Positions 11,241 through 21,708 of a stretch of 37,894 nucleotides of DNA are shown here, one piece after another; position 1 is the stretch's first letter; the number at the start of each line of letters is the position of its first letter. Both the position numbers and the translations under genes were made by a program. Source of the stretch: Guillardia theta CCMP2712 (Eukaryota; Protista; Cryptophyta); contig NW_005434534.1 of the NCBI RefSeq assembly GCF_000315625.1, positions 133,645 through 171,538 of the forward strand, in the 5' to 3' direction. The notes beneath the pieces were generated by a model. The model searched no databases and was not told where the DNA came from. It worked only from the letters and a program-made list of their open reading frames with translations.

Positions 11241-13013
11241 TCACTCCTCCCGCTCGTCCACTCGCTTCTCTTCGCTCTCCTCCTGCTTCATCATCATCAA
11301 GCTGTTCTTCACCCTTGCCAGCCTCTCGCCCTTGAGATCGTAATGGTACCAGATGACGAGCTGAAGGGCCGAGCAGAGCATGGGAAGAGCGAACGAGAGG
11401 CCAAAGATGGCGACCTGGAGGTCTGAAGGGGAGGAGGAGCGAGACGAAGAAGGGAGATGAGCGGGGGAAGGAGCAGAAACGGAGGCAGCAAGGGGAGGGG
11501 GAGGGGGAGACGTTTCAGGGGTGCTGTCCTTACTGAGACCGAAGGAGTTTAGGATGAAGACGCCGACGACCGGAGCAAGAGACTGCGAAGGCTTGACGAG
11601 CAGCGACTGGACGCCATGGACGGAGGTAGCGACCGACTCCCTCCTCCTCCACTTCACCGCGTCCTCATCGATCACGTCCGCCATGATCTGCACGCATAGG
11701 ATCAGCCCACCCCATTCCTTTACAACCCTGTTCTGTCCTGAACCTTCCTCTTGCTCCTCCTGCTCCTCCTACTTGACTCACCAGGTCGTAGAAGCCCCAG
11801 CTGGTGAGGAGGAGGGCTTGCAGGACGTACAGGGAGCACCAGGTCATGTAGTGGCTGATGCCCACGAGGAGGGCAAGACCGCACGACAGCAGCATGCTTA
11901 TCGTCACCCGCCACATGAGCAGGTGCAGTCCCCAGCGACTCGCCAGCGGCGTTAAGAGCTGAACCCCGATCTTGGGGAGGTAGAGGACGAGGGCGGTGAA
12001 GGCGGCGTGAGCAGGAGGAGGGAGGAGGGGCGTCATGAGAAGCTTGTCCAGGAAGATGAAGAAGGACTTGGAGAGCGTGACGTTGAAATTCATCATCCAC
12101 TGGAGGGGGGGCAGCAAACGTCAGCGAGATAGCGGAGGAGAAGAGGAGAAGAGGAGGAGGAGGGGAGGAGGAGGAGGGGGGGGGATGAGGAGGGGGGAGG
12201 AGGATTTCTCACATTCATGCAGACGTAGAGCACGAAGTTCTTTTGCTGTAGGAGCTGACGAGCGAATTCCATCCATCGCTGCAAGCCAAACCTGCATCCT
12301 CCCAACCTCTGCAGCCCCCATCGACTCTTCTCACCCTCCGTCCGCACATCCGTCAGCATGGCTTGACTGGGCGAGTGGGAGGAGGGGTCGCTGGAGCAAG
12401 AAGACGGGACCACGAGCATCGAGCCGCTTGCATACCAGGCCATGGCAGAGAGCAGAGAGCACCCCCAGCAGAAGCGCCGGAAGGGGTCGAGGTTGTCCTC
12501 GTCCCACAGGTAGTATGCCGTCGTCCCGATGCAGGAGCCGACCAAGCCGAACCAGGAGGAGAACCAGTTGAGCTTCAGCCGCTCCCTGGAGTCGACGCAC
12601 AGGTCCGCGAGTAGGGCGCACTTGGTGATCATGACGTAGGTCAGGAAGCCATCGTACATCATCATCGACATGGCGAAGTGCAGGACAGCCGCCCATGAGT
12701 TGCCGTCCGACGACCAGGGATACCACGTGACCATGAAGCTCAGGCTCCACATGGGACCCCCGTACTTGAGGACAGGAAGGCGGCGGTGGGAGCGGTCGGC
12801 CTGCTGGTCGATCATCCACCCGAAGAGAGGATCGTTGATGGCGTTCCAGACGGCATAGACGACATGCACGGCATAGAAGGAGGAGGGTTGCAGACGCACA
12901 ACTCGAGTGAAGAGGATGACCGAGAAAGGGCCGAAAAGACTGCCCACAATGGAAGATGCGAAGCCGCCAAGAGCGAAGGCTACAGACTGTTTGCTGACAC
13001 CGCGGAACATCAT
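11241..13013 (-). CDS. MFS transporter, MFSD13A/TMEM180-like (MFS_2/GPH-related), 3 exons
   Basis: Motifs YAVWNAINDPLFGWMID, RRLPVLKYGGPMWSLSF, YDGFLTYV...ALLADL and ADVIDED...GVQSLLVKPSQSLAPVVG. Exons ~13013-12213, 12099-11782 and 11687-11241 join in frame across GT-AG introns. Confidence 0.88.
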
Positions 13014-14272
13014 ATCAGGGAAAGCAAGGGTGTGAAGGAGGATATGAATCAAAGCAGGAAGCTACTCCTATCCAGATGCACTGTGGGGCTGGAGGAGAGG
13101 CAAGCGGGAAGGGGTAAGGAAGGGTGGACAAGGGAGGATTCCTCGAGAAGACTAGACGAGCAGGTAGCGAGACAACGAGCAGTCGAGTCGTACCAAGATA
13201 TCGATCCGATCAACCGAGCCGAGCCGAGCTAGGACTGCCTCCTGCCTCCTCCTCGTGGCATACCGACTGCCTTGCCATGTTTCGCCCTGCTGGGAGAAAA
13301 GCCGAGGCGAACTTGCTGTGACCCCGACTACCCCATCCCTATTTTGCTCCTTTTCACCCCTTGAGATACTACCCCCACCCTCTTTCGCAAAGTGGCCTCC
13401 TGTTGACACTACCCCTTCTTTCACTGTCATTTCATTTCCTATCACCCCTTCTTCATCATAACCCCTACCACCCGGAATATTACCCCACCCCCAGGTATCA
13501 ACCCTCCCTCTGCTGACACTCTTCTGGGCTCGCCTCACCATGCTGTCCGCTACAGTCTGCGTCCCCCCTGGCGGCGCCTGCCGCTCGCCCGCTTCCCCCG
13601 CCCCCCCCCCGCCTCCCTCCCTCCCTCCTCCCCTTCTGTCTGTTCCTCATCCCTTCATCTCCTCGCTGCTTCTTTGCGCTCCCGCTCTCTTGCACTTCTA
13701 GAACTGATTTGAGCTTGCCGTTCGTCGAACGTCGCGACCTTTTCCTTACAACCCTCCCCATGTTCACTTGTTCACTTACGACATAAAGTCTCGGCTTTCT
13801 CAGAGCTCCTATTCTCTCTTCCCAATGAACTGACATGACGATCATTGCGTTCAATCACGGCAAACTTGTCGTTGACTCTGAATTCCACTTATCGTGCATG
13901 AACTGACAACAAAATTGGCTTATGTATATGTTATTATTATCAGAGTCACAATAATGCTTGTCTTGTTCTTATTTTCATCATATTCATGTCTCTTTCATCT
14001 AGATTTGTCTTGAGCTTAGAACCAATCGTGTTAGGTTTCATTAGAACAGGCTCAATACGATTTCAGCTTCCCTTACATTTGTGGGTCAAAATTGATTGCA
14101 AAACCAAACCAAAAATATGGCTGCAACACAGTGACCCGAACACTTACATTCTTCTTATTGATGATGAGAGCTCAACGCAAATCATGTTGTGATTTAAATA
14201 GACTTCTGCAAAGAGGTCTTGGTTGAGACTCACCACTATTGCAACAGTTTCAGTTTTACAGTCGACTTCGCA

Positions 14273-15415
14273 ATGTCGCAAAAATTCTTCAAGACAAGGG
14301 GAAGGATGGAGGAAACTCACTTTGCCCGAGAGAAAGACAAGTATGCGTACAAGTCAATTCGAGATGCTCTCAAGGAATCCGGTCAGCTGGACGCGGCGAG
14401 GCAGAGACTCGAAGAGGTGGTTTCTCCCGTCGGCGTGCTCTTGCATGTGTTGAGACTTGTCGCAGGCACTGAAGAGAGAGGCCAACGGTGTTGACATCCT
14501 TGCTGAAGTCAGCGCGGCACGAGCCATGGCGAAGTTCAACGTGGAAGACCTTCCGCCTGTGACCATCCACCCCCGTATCAAGTAAGCTTCGGTGGTTGGA
14601 AGGGAAGCTGGAGGTCATGCTTGCTCAGGCAGGAGGCCCAAGGTCCTTCGGTCCTGCAAGAGATAGAAAACTTCATGAAGAACGTGAAGCTCCCCAAACC
14701 ACAAACGCATGCAGAATTTGAGGTAGGACTCTGGTCAACCCTATGCACTACGTCACCATCCTGCAAGGTTGCCCAAGACGGTTTGCACGCCATCACGAGA
14801 GGCCGTTACGCTTATCTCAACGACTTCATGAAGTCGATGGAGGTGCAGCCAGAAGAAAGGTGAATGGTGTCACTTCTTCCATCCCTTCTGCTCTCCTCAC
14901 GTTCTTCCATCCCTTCTGCTCTCCTCACGTTCTTCCATCCCTTTTGTTCTTCTCAAGTGTGCAACTGCCAGACGCCCGATGACCAAGAGAGAGATGTTCC
15001 GCGCACAGAAGTTCTACGAATCTGCGAATCGAAATGTCTTGCTCGCTTTCTTAGCGACTGGCCATGACCCGTCGATTTGTCAGGCGAAAGCGATAGGAGG
15101 TGCCTTCATTGCTGGTTCTGCTCTTTGCTTGATTGGAGGTGGTGTGGCGTGGTATGCCACCAAGAGATACTATAACGTGAAAGACGTGAGTGTGCTCAAG
15201 AGGATCTTCAGACTGGCTGACTGCTGCATACGCATCAGAGCAAGGAGTATGCGCAGAAAATGAGAGAGTTGACGCCAGAAACGACGAAGCAGCTTCAAGA
15301 TGGATCGTTCGGGAACATGGTAATATAAATCCGGAGATTCTTACATGACTGATCTGTGCGCGATCAGATCCGAGGGACCAACGATACGATTCGAACTTGG
15401 GTGTCGAAGAATTGA
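14273..15415 (+). CDS. Multi-exon hypothetical protein with an IF1-like N-terminal motif and a C-terminal TM segment (TMEM242/Aim11-like)
   Basis: ATG 14273 gives MSQKFFKTRGRMEETHFAREKDKY. Short GT-AG introns join in frame to AKAIGGAFIAGSALCLIGGGVAWYATKRYYNVKD-AKEYAQKMRELTP. Stop TGA 15413-15415. The gene is well supported; the family similarity is tentative. Confidence 0.7.
14874..14945. repeat. 28-bp intronic tandem repeat (TTCTTCCATCCCTTCTGCTCTCCTCACG) x2.5
   Basis: Directly visible after the GT donor at ~14860. Confidence 0.85.
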
Positions 15416-15614
15416 TAATCTGCTAGCGTCTAAACCCTTAAACATCCAACTCGTCTATTCTGGTGGAGGTAGTAGTTAGCACAGGATTTGTTTGTGAGTG
15501 TCGAAACTCTACGGAAGTCTGAAGTATTCATGGCAACAATCGAAAGCTTTGAAGTAAAGACAGTTTTATTGCACACTAATGCACATTGTAAGTGAACACA
15601 CAGTTATAGACGAC

Positions 15615-16007
15615 TTAAGCCTTCATGCCTCCGCCAGAAGGAGGAGGGCTCCACGGGTTCGAGTTCTTCCACGGAGCAGGGTTCTTCCACGGAGCAGGGT
15701 TCTTCCAGACGGAAAGCTTCTGCCCTGTGACAGGGTGCCAGGGATTGTTGTTCTTCCATGGCTTCGTGTTGATCCAAGGGTGAGGGTTGTGCCACCAGGA
15801 CTGAAGCGGGTTCTTCCATGGGTTCTTGTTCTTCCATGGAAGCCACACGTGAGGATCTCTCAACAGCTGCATGACCTTGCCTCTCATGTGGCGAGTCCCC
15901 ATCAACTGGGCAGCACACAGTGGAATGGCAACAGCAGCAAGGGGAAGGCTGTTCTGCCTTGGCGGAAGCTGATCGTAGTCATGTTCGTTCTGGTTCGAAT
16001 TCTCCAT
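15615..16007 (-). CDS. Intronless 130-aa protein with Pro-Trp-Lys-Asn (PWKN) repeats
   Basis: ATG 16007 to TAA. A short hydrophobic stretch (LPLAAVAIPLCAA) is followed by ~10 P/xW-K/H/I-N units spaced ~6 aa apart, with synonymous variation at the DNA level. Confidence 0.7.
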   Translation of the reverse strand: MENSNQNEHDYDQLPPRQNSLPLAAVAIPLCAAQLMGTRHMRGKVMQLLRDPHVWLPWKNKNPWKNPLQSWWHNPHPWINTKPWKNNNPWHPVTGQKLSVWKNPAPWKNPAPWKNSNPWSPPPSGGGMKA

Positions 16008-17199
16008 TTGGTGTTTTGGTTCGAAGGGGGAAGCCAGGAGGTGTGAGTTTGGTGTCAGAAGACTTCGAGGGGAGGAGGACGAGGGAGGAAGAGCTTTCAG
16101 TTGGGGCTGAACGCGTGGGGAAGGGTGAGCAAGATGGGTTGCGAGGCAGGCGGAGATGCTTTTGAAGCCTCGGAGGGAGCGGGAAGCAGGGGCTAAAGCA
16201 CCGGTACTTCATAGCGAAAGTACGGGGGTCCTAGGGGATCAACAGGTACAAATTGGGGGTGGGTCCCAAAAACTATATAGACACAATAATCTTTTATTGA
16301 AATTTCCCATGGGGTGGGGTGATTTTGGAGAGGGGTAGGGATACAATCGTACAGGTTGTGTAATAGATCCTTACTCACTATTACCTATAGATACAATTAA
16401 GGTAAATCAAGTGTTCGTGACCCGGTCAAGGATGCTTCCTTTCAATTGGTTCAAATCGACGGGTAGGGTACAGTACCCATGTAGCCCTCTCCCATTAGGG
16501 GGTACTATACGCGTACGAGAAAGATTTGTTTTATAACTTCAAAAACTCTTTTAAGCAGATACGGCCCCAGGCGTCATGGAAGAAGGATGGGAACCCCCAA
16601 CGTTTGGCTGTTTTGTTGGTTTTAAAATCAAGACTTTGTTTTAAAGTAGAAATGCGAACAAGAAGAACAAAACCAAAGCCAATTCGGACTCTCTTTCGCC
16701 TTATTTGCTTTCTCACCCCCATGTTTTACTTGTTTGAGGAGGGTATTCCAAACTCAGTGTGAGTCAATTGTTTTTCCTGAGTTGCATATGCTTCTAAAAG
16801 TGCTACCGAAACCTTATCTCCTGACGATATGACCCCATTGATGCCTTTCTCAAAGGATGTATTATCTCAATGTTTCGACAAGAAGCGCCTCCCTCGAATG
16901 GTGAAATGCTACCTTTTTAACAATAAAGAATTTTAAAAGTATCATCGATCTGAGGGAGGGGTACATAACCCAGGAGCTGATTGTAGAAAAAGGGGTTCCT
17001 TCTCGCCATGAGGATAGGTGGGTGGTTTTAGAAGGCAAATTGAGGGGTGGGTGGGATGTGGGTGGAAGAAGCAAGGGTCGATGACTCAAGGGTCGACGAA
17101 GCAAGGCTGCAGGACGATTTGTACCTCACATACATGGTCTCATGTGTGATTTTATAAGTATATCAATAGGTAATTACCACATACTATGGACCTTGGTCA

Positions 17200-19560
17200 T
17201 TAGAGGCACCGCTGGGAGTGGGGGAGCTGACCATGGGGCGATGACAGGGCAAGTTGAAGATAAGTAAACTGGGGACCCCTCGGAACAGACAGGAGGGGGG
17301 GTGGGGTTGTAGAAGCAACTGACTCGGAGCAAGCCTCACTTGACGGAAAGGACAGCAACAGCTCAATAGGGACGAGGTAGGAAAACCTCGAAGAAGACAG
17401 CAGGAACCTAGGACCCATGGGAGACAGCAGGCGATAAGCGAGACAGCTTCTATCACATCTCTACAGGACAGCAATCACAGGTCATGGAACTTCAGGGTCC
17501 GACAAATAATTACAAACGGCTAGAGGAGGACTTACCCGTAAGTCATCAGCATGGGCACGAGACGCTTTCCTTCCTGCAGGAAGGGAAAGGAGAACGAGGC
17601 GAAGTGTCTCTGGGAGACTTGATTGCTTGAAGTAAACTAAGCTTGAACGCCTGTACAAATCTATTATCATATCTATTAGTGTTCACTGGAACACTGGGAA
17701 TGAACTGGGAATTCCGTGTGTGCCTGCGATCCGCCAGCGCAACGCATCATCTTGCAAGAGTTCATTAGTCCGTGTCACTGGCTGACCAGTGAAGCAGTAA
17801 TTTGAAGATACCGAAGCAGTTATAGCACTCTCGAAGATAGTCTGGAAGGTTCGAGTTCCTTTTCGAATGAGGGGATGAAGGTCAAGGAGCTTGTATATGG
17901 TCGATAGCTTGCTTGTATATGGTCGATAGCTTGCTTGTATATGGTCGATAGCTTGGTTAACGACTTGAAGGTCAATCGACTCAGGCAATCCTCGTTATGC
18001 TCGAGACCGGCCCGGTCTGATTGTCACCCGATGCAAGAAGGCTTGCCTCAGGTCGACGACTTCACTGCCAGAGAGGTGGAAGACAGAATGATGGCGTGTG
18101 TTGGATGGGTAAGGAGGAAGAGAAGAAAGGACAAGGAAAGAGCGTGGTAAGAGATCGATGGCAGAGATAATGTTTATGACGTCGAAAGCGATATACGTAA
18201 GATAACTAGTCTAAAAGTTCTTCCTCAGTACCTTTTGTAAGTACTTCGTTCTTGCAACTCGTCAGAAGTGGGGATGTTTTGCATTGCTGGCGCCTTTTGC
18301 ATTGGATGTCGGGTCGCGCTTGGTAAGCTGTAAGATGATCACGAGGAGACGCAGTAAACTGAATGTTTTGCGAGGATGTACCTTTGAAGTTCGCCACGCT
18401 TCACGTTGCACGCGCTGTCAGAAGTGCCCCCTTTCATGCTGCACGCGCTTCCTGTTCTGTAGAAGCATCTTGTTCCAGGTCACGGTATGCCTCATATTGC
18501 TGATAGCGCTGTCCTGAAGGTGCTGCATGTCATGCAGTCTAATTCAATGAAGTTTCAAGTAATCAGTGGCTCTCAGGAATGAGAATGATAGTCACGTTCA
18601 GCAATAGTCGTTATCTGCATTCTTTATTGATCCAACAGCCAGACCTTGATGCGGTCACCTAATTACGCTACACAGGCTGAGTCCGTAAGCCGGCATGGAG
18701 GCGATTGGATTGCCAAAGCATTGGAATTATTTTGAGGAGCTGGGTATAGAGATATCATAGCATGCTGATCAATTCTTCGATCGTATCATGCCGCGGAAAG
18801 ACATCAATTCCATTAAGATCTGTACATCTGTTTACTGAGCCCCTGCATCTGGGTCAAGTCTGATGTGAAGATACATCTCAATTCACAGGTTTTCCCGTAC
18901 TATCTTTGTCCGATTATGTTCATGTCGTTATGAATCAAACTGTGACATGAGTAGAAGCTAAAATTTAGAGACTCCTCTTGTCTGCGTTTGCTGAAACTTC
19001 ATGATGGAGTGATGAATGAAATTTGATACTAAAACAATTGAAGGGATGGCGCGGAGCAGGAGCACCGTGTTTCCCACCTCACGAGAACTGAGGAGGCGTA
19101 GCACAGCCTGAGCACCTGCTAAGCACAGTCGAGCTCGATACTGGCGAAACAGGCGGCCCAGCACGGAGGCGATGGAAGGAGGGCCCCTTGCGAACTCGGA
19201 AAATGGAGGGCGTCACCTGCACTGAAGGAAACCAGTCTGGTTGAAAGGCTTTGACGTCGGATGCCAAGGCATGCGACTCGGCCGCGATCGGGTCGAATAC
19301 AACAGGGAAGAAAATACCTTGGCAATATTTGTGTGCAATGCGATAGAAATGTTGTTACACACTGAACAGGAAAAGCGCTATAGAGAGATGGCTGACTGGA
19401 TGACTGAGAAAGAATGATTGAAAGTACATACTGTTCTACGATACCAGTGCCGTGACGCCGGTCAGCCTGCTTCATCGACAGTCGTGCCACGGTAAGGCTG
19501 CTGCTGCGAGAAATGGTCATTCCGAATATTCCTCAGGGCTTGAAGGTGATGGATCATCTA
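17200..19560 (-). other. Possible multi-exon hypothetical gene or degenerate gene, unresolved
   Basis: High-complexity sequence with many minus-strand GT/AG-like sites and short ORFs (17683-17988, 19119-19520). No recognisable motif. Confidence 0.25.
17889..17954. repeat. 22-bp perfect tandem repeat x3 (GCTTGTATATGGTCGATAGCTT)
   Basis: Directly visible. Confidence 0.95.
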
Positions 19561-19955
19561 CACACGAATCATACTCCGCACCGTGGCATCTCCCCGGCCC
19601 TTCAACTCAGTTGATAGCCATCTCTTGACCCACCTGCTGCATATCCTGCAAAAGCTTCCGCATGATCCCCTTCAGCTCCTGCACATCTTTCGTGAACCCC
19701 TGGCACAATCGTGAGGCTCCTCTATGTCAGACGGTCTGTCAAGATCAGTTTCCCACCGACAACATCGTACCCGTGTTGCTCTCGAGCTCGTGTACATCCT
19801 TGCTGACAGGCTCCTGCCGCATTGTTACCGTCAATCCCTCGCAGTGGCCGCTTCAAGGCTGACTCGAGCCTCCGCTACTAACACCGTGCTCTACATACCA
19901 TGTGTTTCTCAACCGTTTGAACGACGTCGTCTCGATATTCCTTTAAAGGGGCGAG

Positions 19956-20807
19956 TCACCGATGTCGAAAATTCGAGGCGTCATCCGACATGACTTGAAG
20001 TACCTTGAGGCTCGTTCTCACGTCATTGAACATGCTACAGACAGTCTGAGGCTCTGCATGACACAGGAAGATTGGTACTCCGCACTGAGCTAGTAAGATG
20101 TTAGCCTCCTTGGCCAGCTGCCATTCCTTAACAATATGAATGGCGTTGTCGACGAAGACAGCCTTGCTTCCTCGGACTATCACGCCCATCGCCACCAGCC
20201 TGGTGCTGCTGCTTTCAGCCTGGTCCGGTGGCCACATTTGTTGCCTGAGCGACAAAGCAGTTTCAAGTTGCCAGAACTTCTGTACAATACTTGAGGTACA
20301 TTGAGTGATTTCAAAATGTACAAGATCATTTTCCATCAGAACAAGACGCTCTAGCTGCTTTCTGGCATCCTCGTCCTCCTCTCTACCGTATGTGTGTAAG
20401 GCGATGACGAGCGAGCTGGCTTCTTTCGAAGAATCGTCAAAGTCCAGTACGCATTCCAAATTTCCTCTCAAAGTCATGGTTGGGGTAACTTGCAGTAAGA
20501 TTCGAAAATAGAGGTCGAACTGAAATTCGCAATTCAAGGTGTACGTTTTGCTTTCTTCAGAAATGCCTTGAAGTTGACTCGATGATCTCCCCGCGACGAA
20601 CATGTTGTTCCAGGCAATGCGATACAGAGCAGTATTGATCCACGAAAGATCTTCTATTCGATTCAAGCTCGGAAAGCGCATCATCGGGACTGTGACAGGC
20701 GCAAGGTTGGTATAGAGTTGACTTTCGACACTGTTGCAAGACTTGTTTTGATTCAGCTTGCGGATGATTTTGCCCGCATTCTTACGATGCTTTGAACTTC
20801 TGGCCAT
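19956..20807 (-). CDS. 283-aa ORF with a putative restriction-endonuclease-like (PD-(D/E)XK) fold; may splice to coiled-coil exons down to ~19635
   Basis: Uninterrupted ATG ORF of globular composition with EFQFDLYF ... HFEITQ ... KFWQLETAL ... LVAMGVIV. A downstream exon-like segment reads GFTKDVQELKGIMRKLLQDMQQ. Confidence 0.6.
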   Translation of the reverse strand: MARSSKHRKNAGKIIRKLNQNKSCNSVESQLYTNLAPVTVPMMRFPSLNRIEDLSWINTALYRIAWNNMFVAGRSSSQLQGISEESKTYTLNCEFQFDLYFRILLQVTPTMTLRGNLECVLDFDDSSKEASSLVIALHTYGREEDEDARKQLERLVLMENDLVHFEITQCTSSIVQKFWQLETALSLRQQMWPPDQAESSSTRLVAMGVIVRGSKAVFVDNAIHIVKEWQLAKEANILLAQCGVPIFLCHAEPQTVCSMFNDVRTSLKVLQVMSDDASNFRHR

Positions 20808-21191
20808 GGCGACGCAGACAGCAGCGTCTTGGTTCTGCTACCGTGCCCCCGTGAGAGTCTGGTAGGATCTCCTTTCTTTCTGGTAGGATCTCAGCCTTAT
20901 TAGGGGGCTTGGGAGTAGGCCCGCCACTGATTCCGCTGTCGTTTGGATCCCAAGGGGTATGGGACACGTGTCCGTGTAGCTTCACCTTTGTACGATATTC
21001 AGGACGCCAGAAGAAGCGATACCGCTCATGCCCTCATGGCCTACCATGTGCTGCATCTCTGGTCCTCGTCGCTATTCCTTTGTCTTCCCAGGCTCCGCTC
21101 CTTTTTCTTTCCTCCTGGCTGTCGATCTCTTCGCCCTCCTCACGTGCACGTCAGGTGACGGCGCCGCCGGAACAGCTTTGGCACATGCAGC

Positions 21192-21708
21192 ATGCAGCTT
21201 GAGCTTGAAGTGCTCATCGTTCCCTGCTTGGGGACTCAGCCCATCGAGATACAAGCTGGGGACTCAGCCCATCGAGATACAAGCTGAGGATGTGCTTCCC
21301 TTGGGCGTCAAGCTGGACAGGGATGGGAGGAAGAACGTGAACGGGGCGGCGAGCATGCTCATGAGTAGAAGGAGCAGGACGAGGGTGGAGATCGAGGGGT
21401 TGGAACCAATCACTGACTCGAGCTACCACAAGTGGGCCACGGTGCGAGAAATCACAAACTTCCCCTTCCCCTTCCACGTTCAGTTCGACAGCGAGGTGCC
21501 AACGGTAGGAGGAGGGACGGTTGAGGAATTCGTGCTGCTTGGAGAGCTGGTTGTTGCCAGGAACAAGATCAGCGAGCAGAGGGTGGCTGCTCTCCTCGTC
21601 ACTGTGAGCCCCCTCCTCGTCCGTGTCCTGGACTTGTTCACTGCTCGTCCTATTCCCCGTGTCTGTCTCCGACTCACGAGCCTATCGGGCGACGACCTCT
21701 TCCTCTAG
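21192..21708 (+). pseudogene. Probable pseudogene: ORF frameshifted by a 28-bp tandem duplication
   Basis: ATG 21192 gives MQLELEVLIVPCLGTQPIEIQA. It continues as EDVLPLGVKLDRDG...FPFPFHVQFDSEVPTVGG only if one copy of the 28-bp duplication is removed. Confidence 0.5.
21229..21286. repeat. 28-bp perfect tandem duplication (TGGGGACTCAGCCCATCGAGATACAAGC) x2
   Basis: Directly visible. Confidence 0.95.

Noticed and set aside
17889-17954. CRISPR-like repeat array
   Set aside because: The repeats are contiguous with no spacers, there are no cas genes, and the context is eukaryotic.
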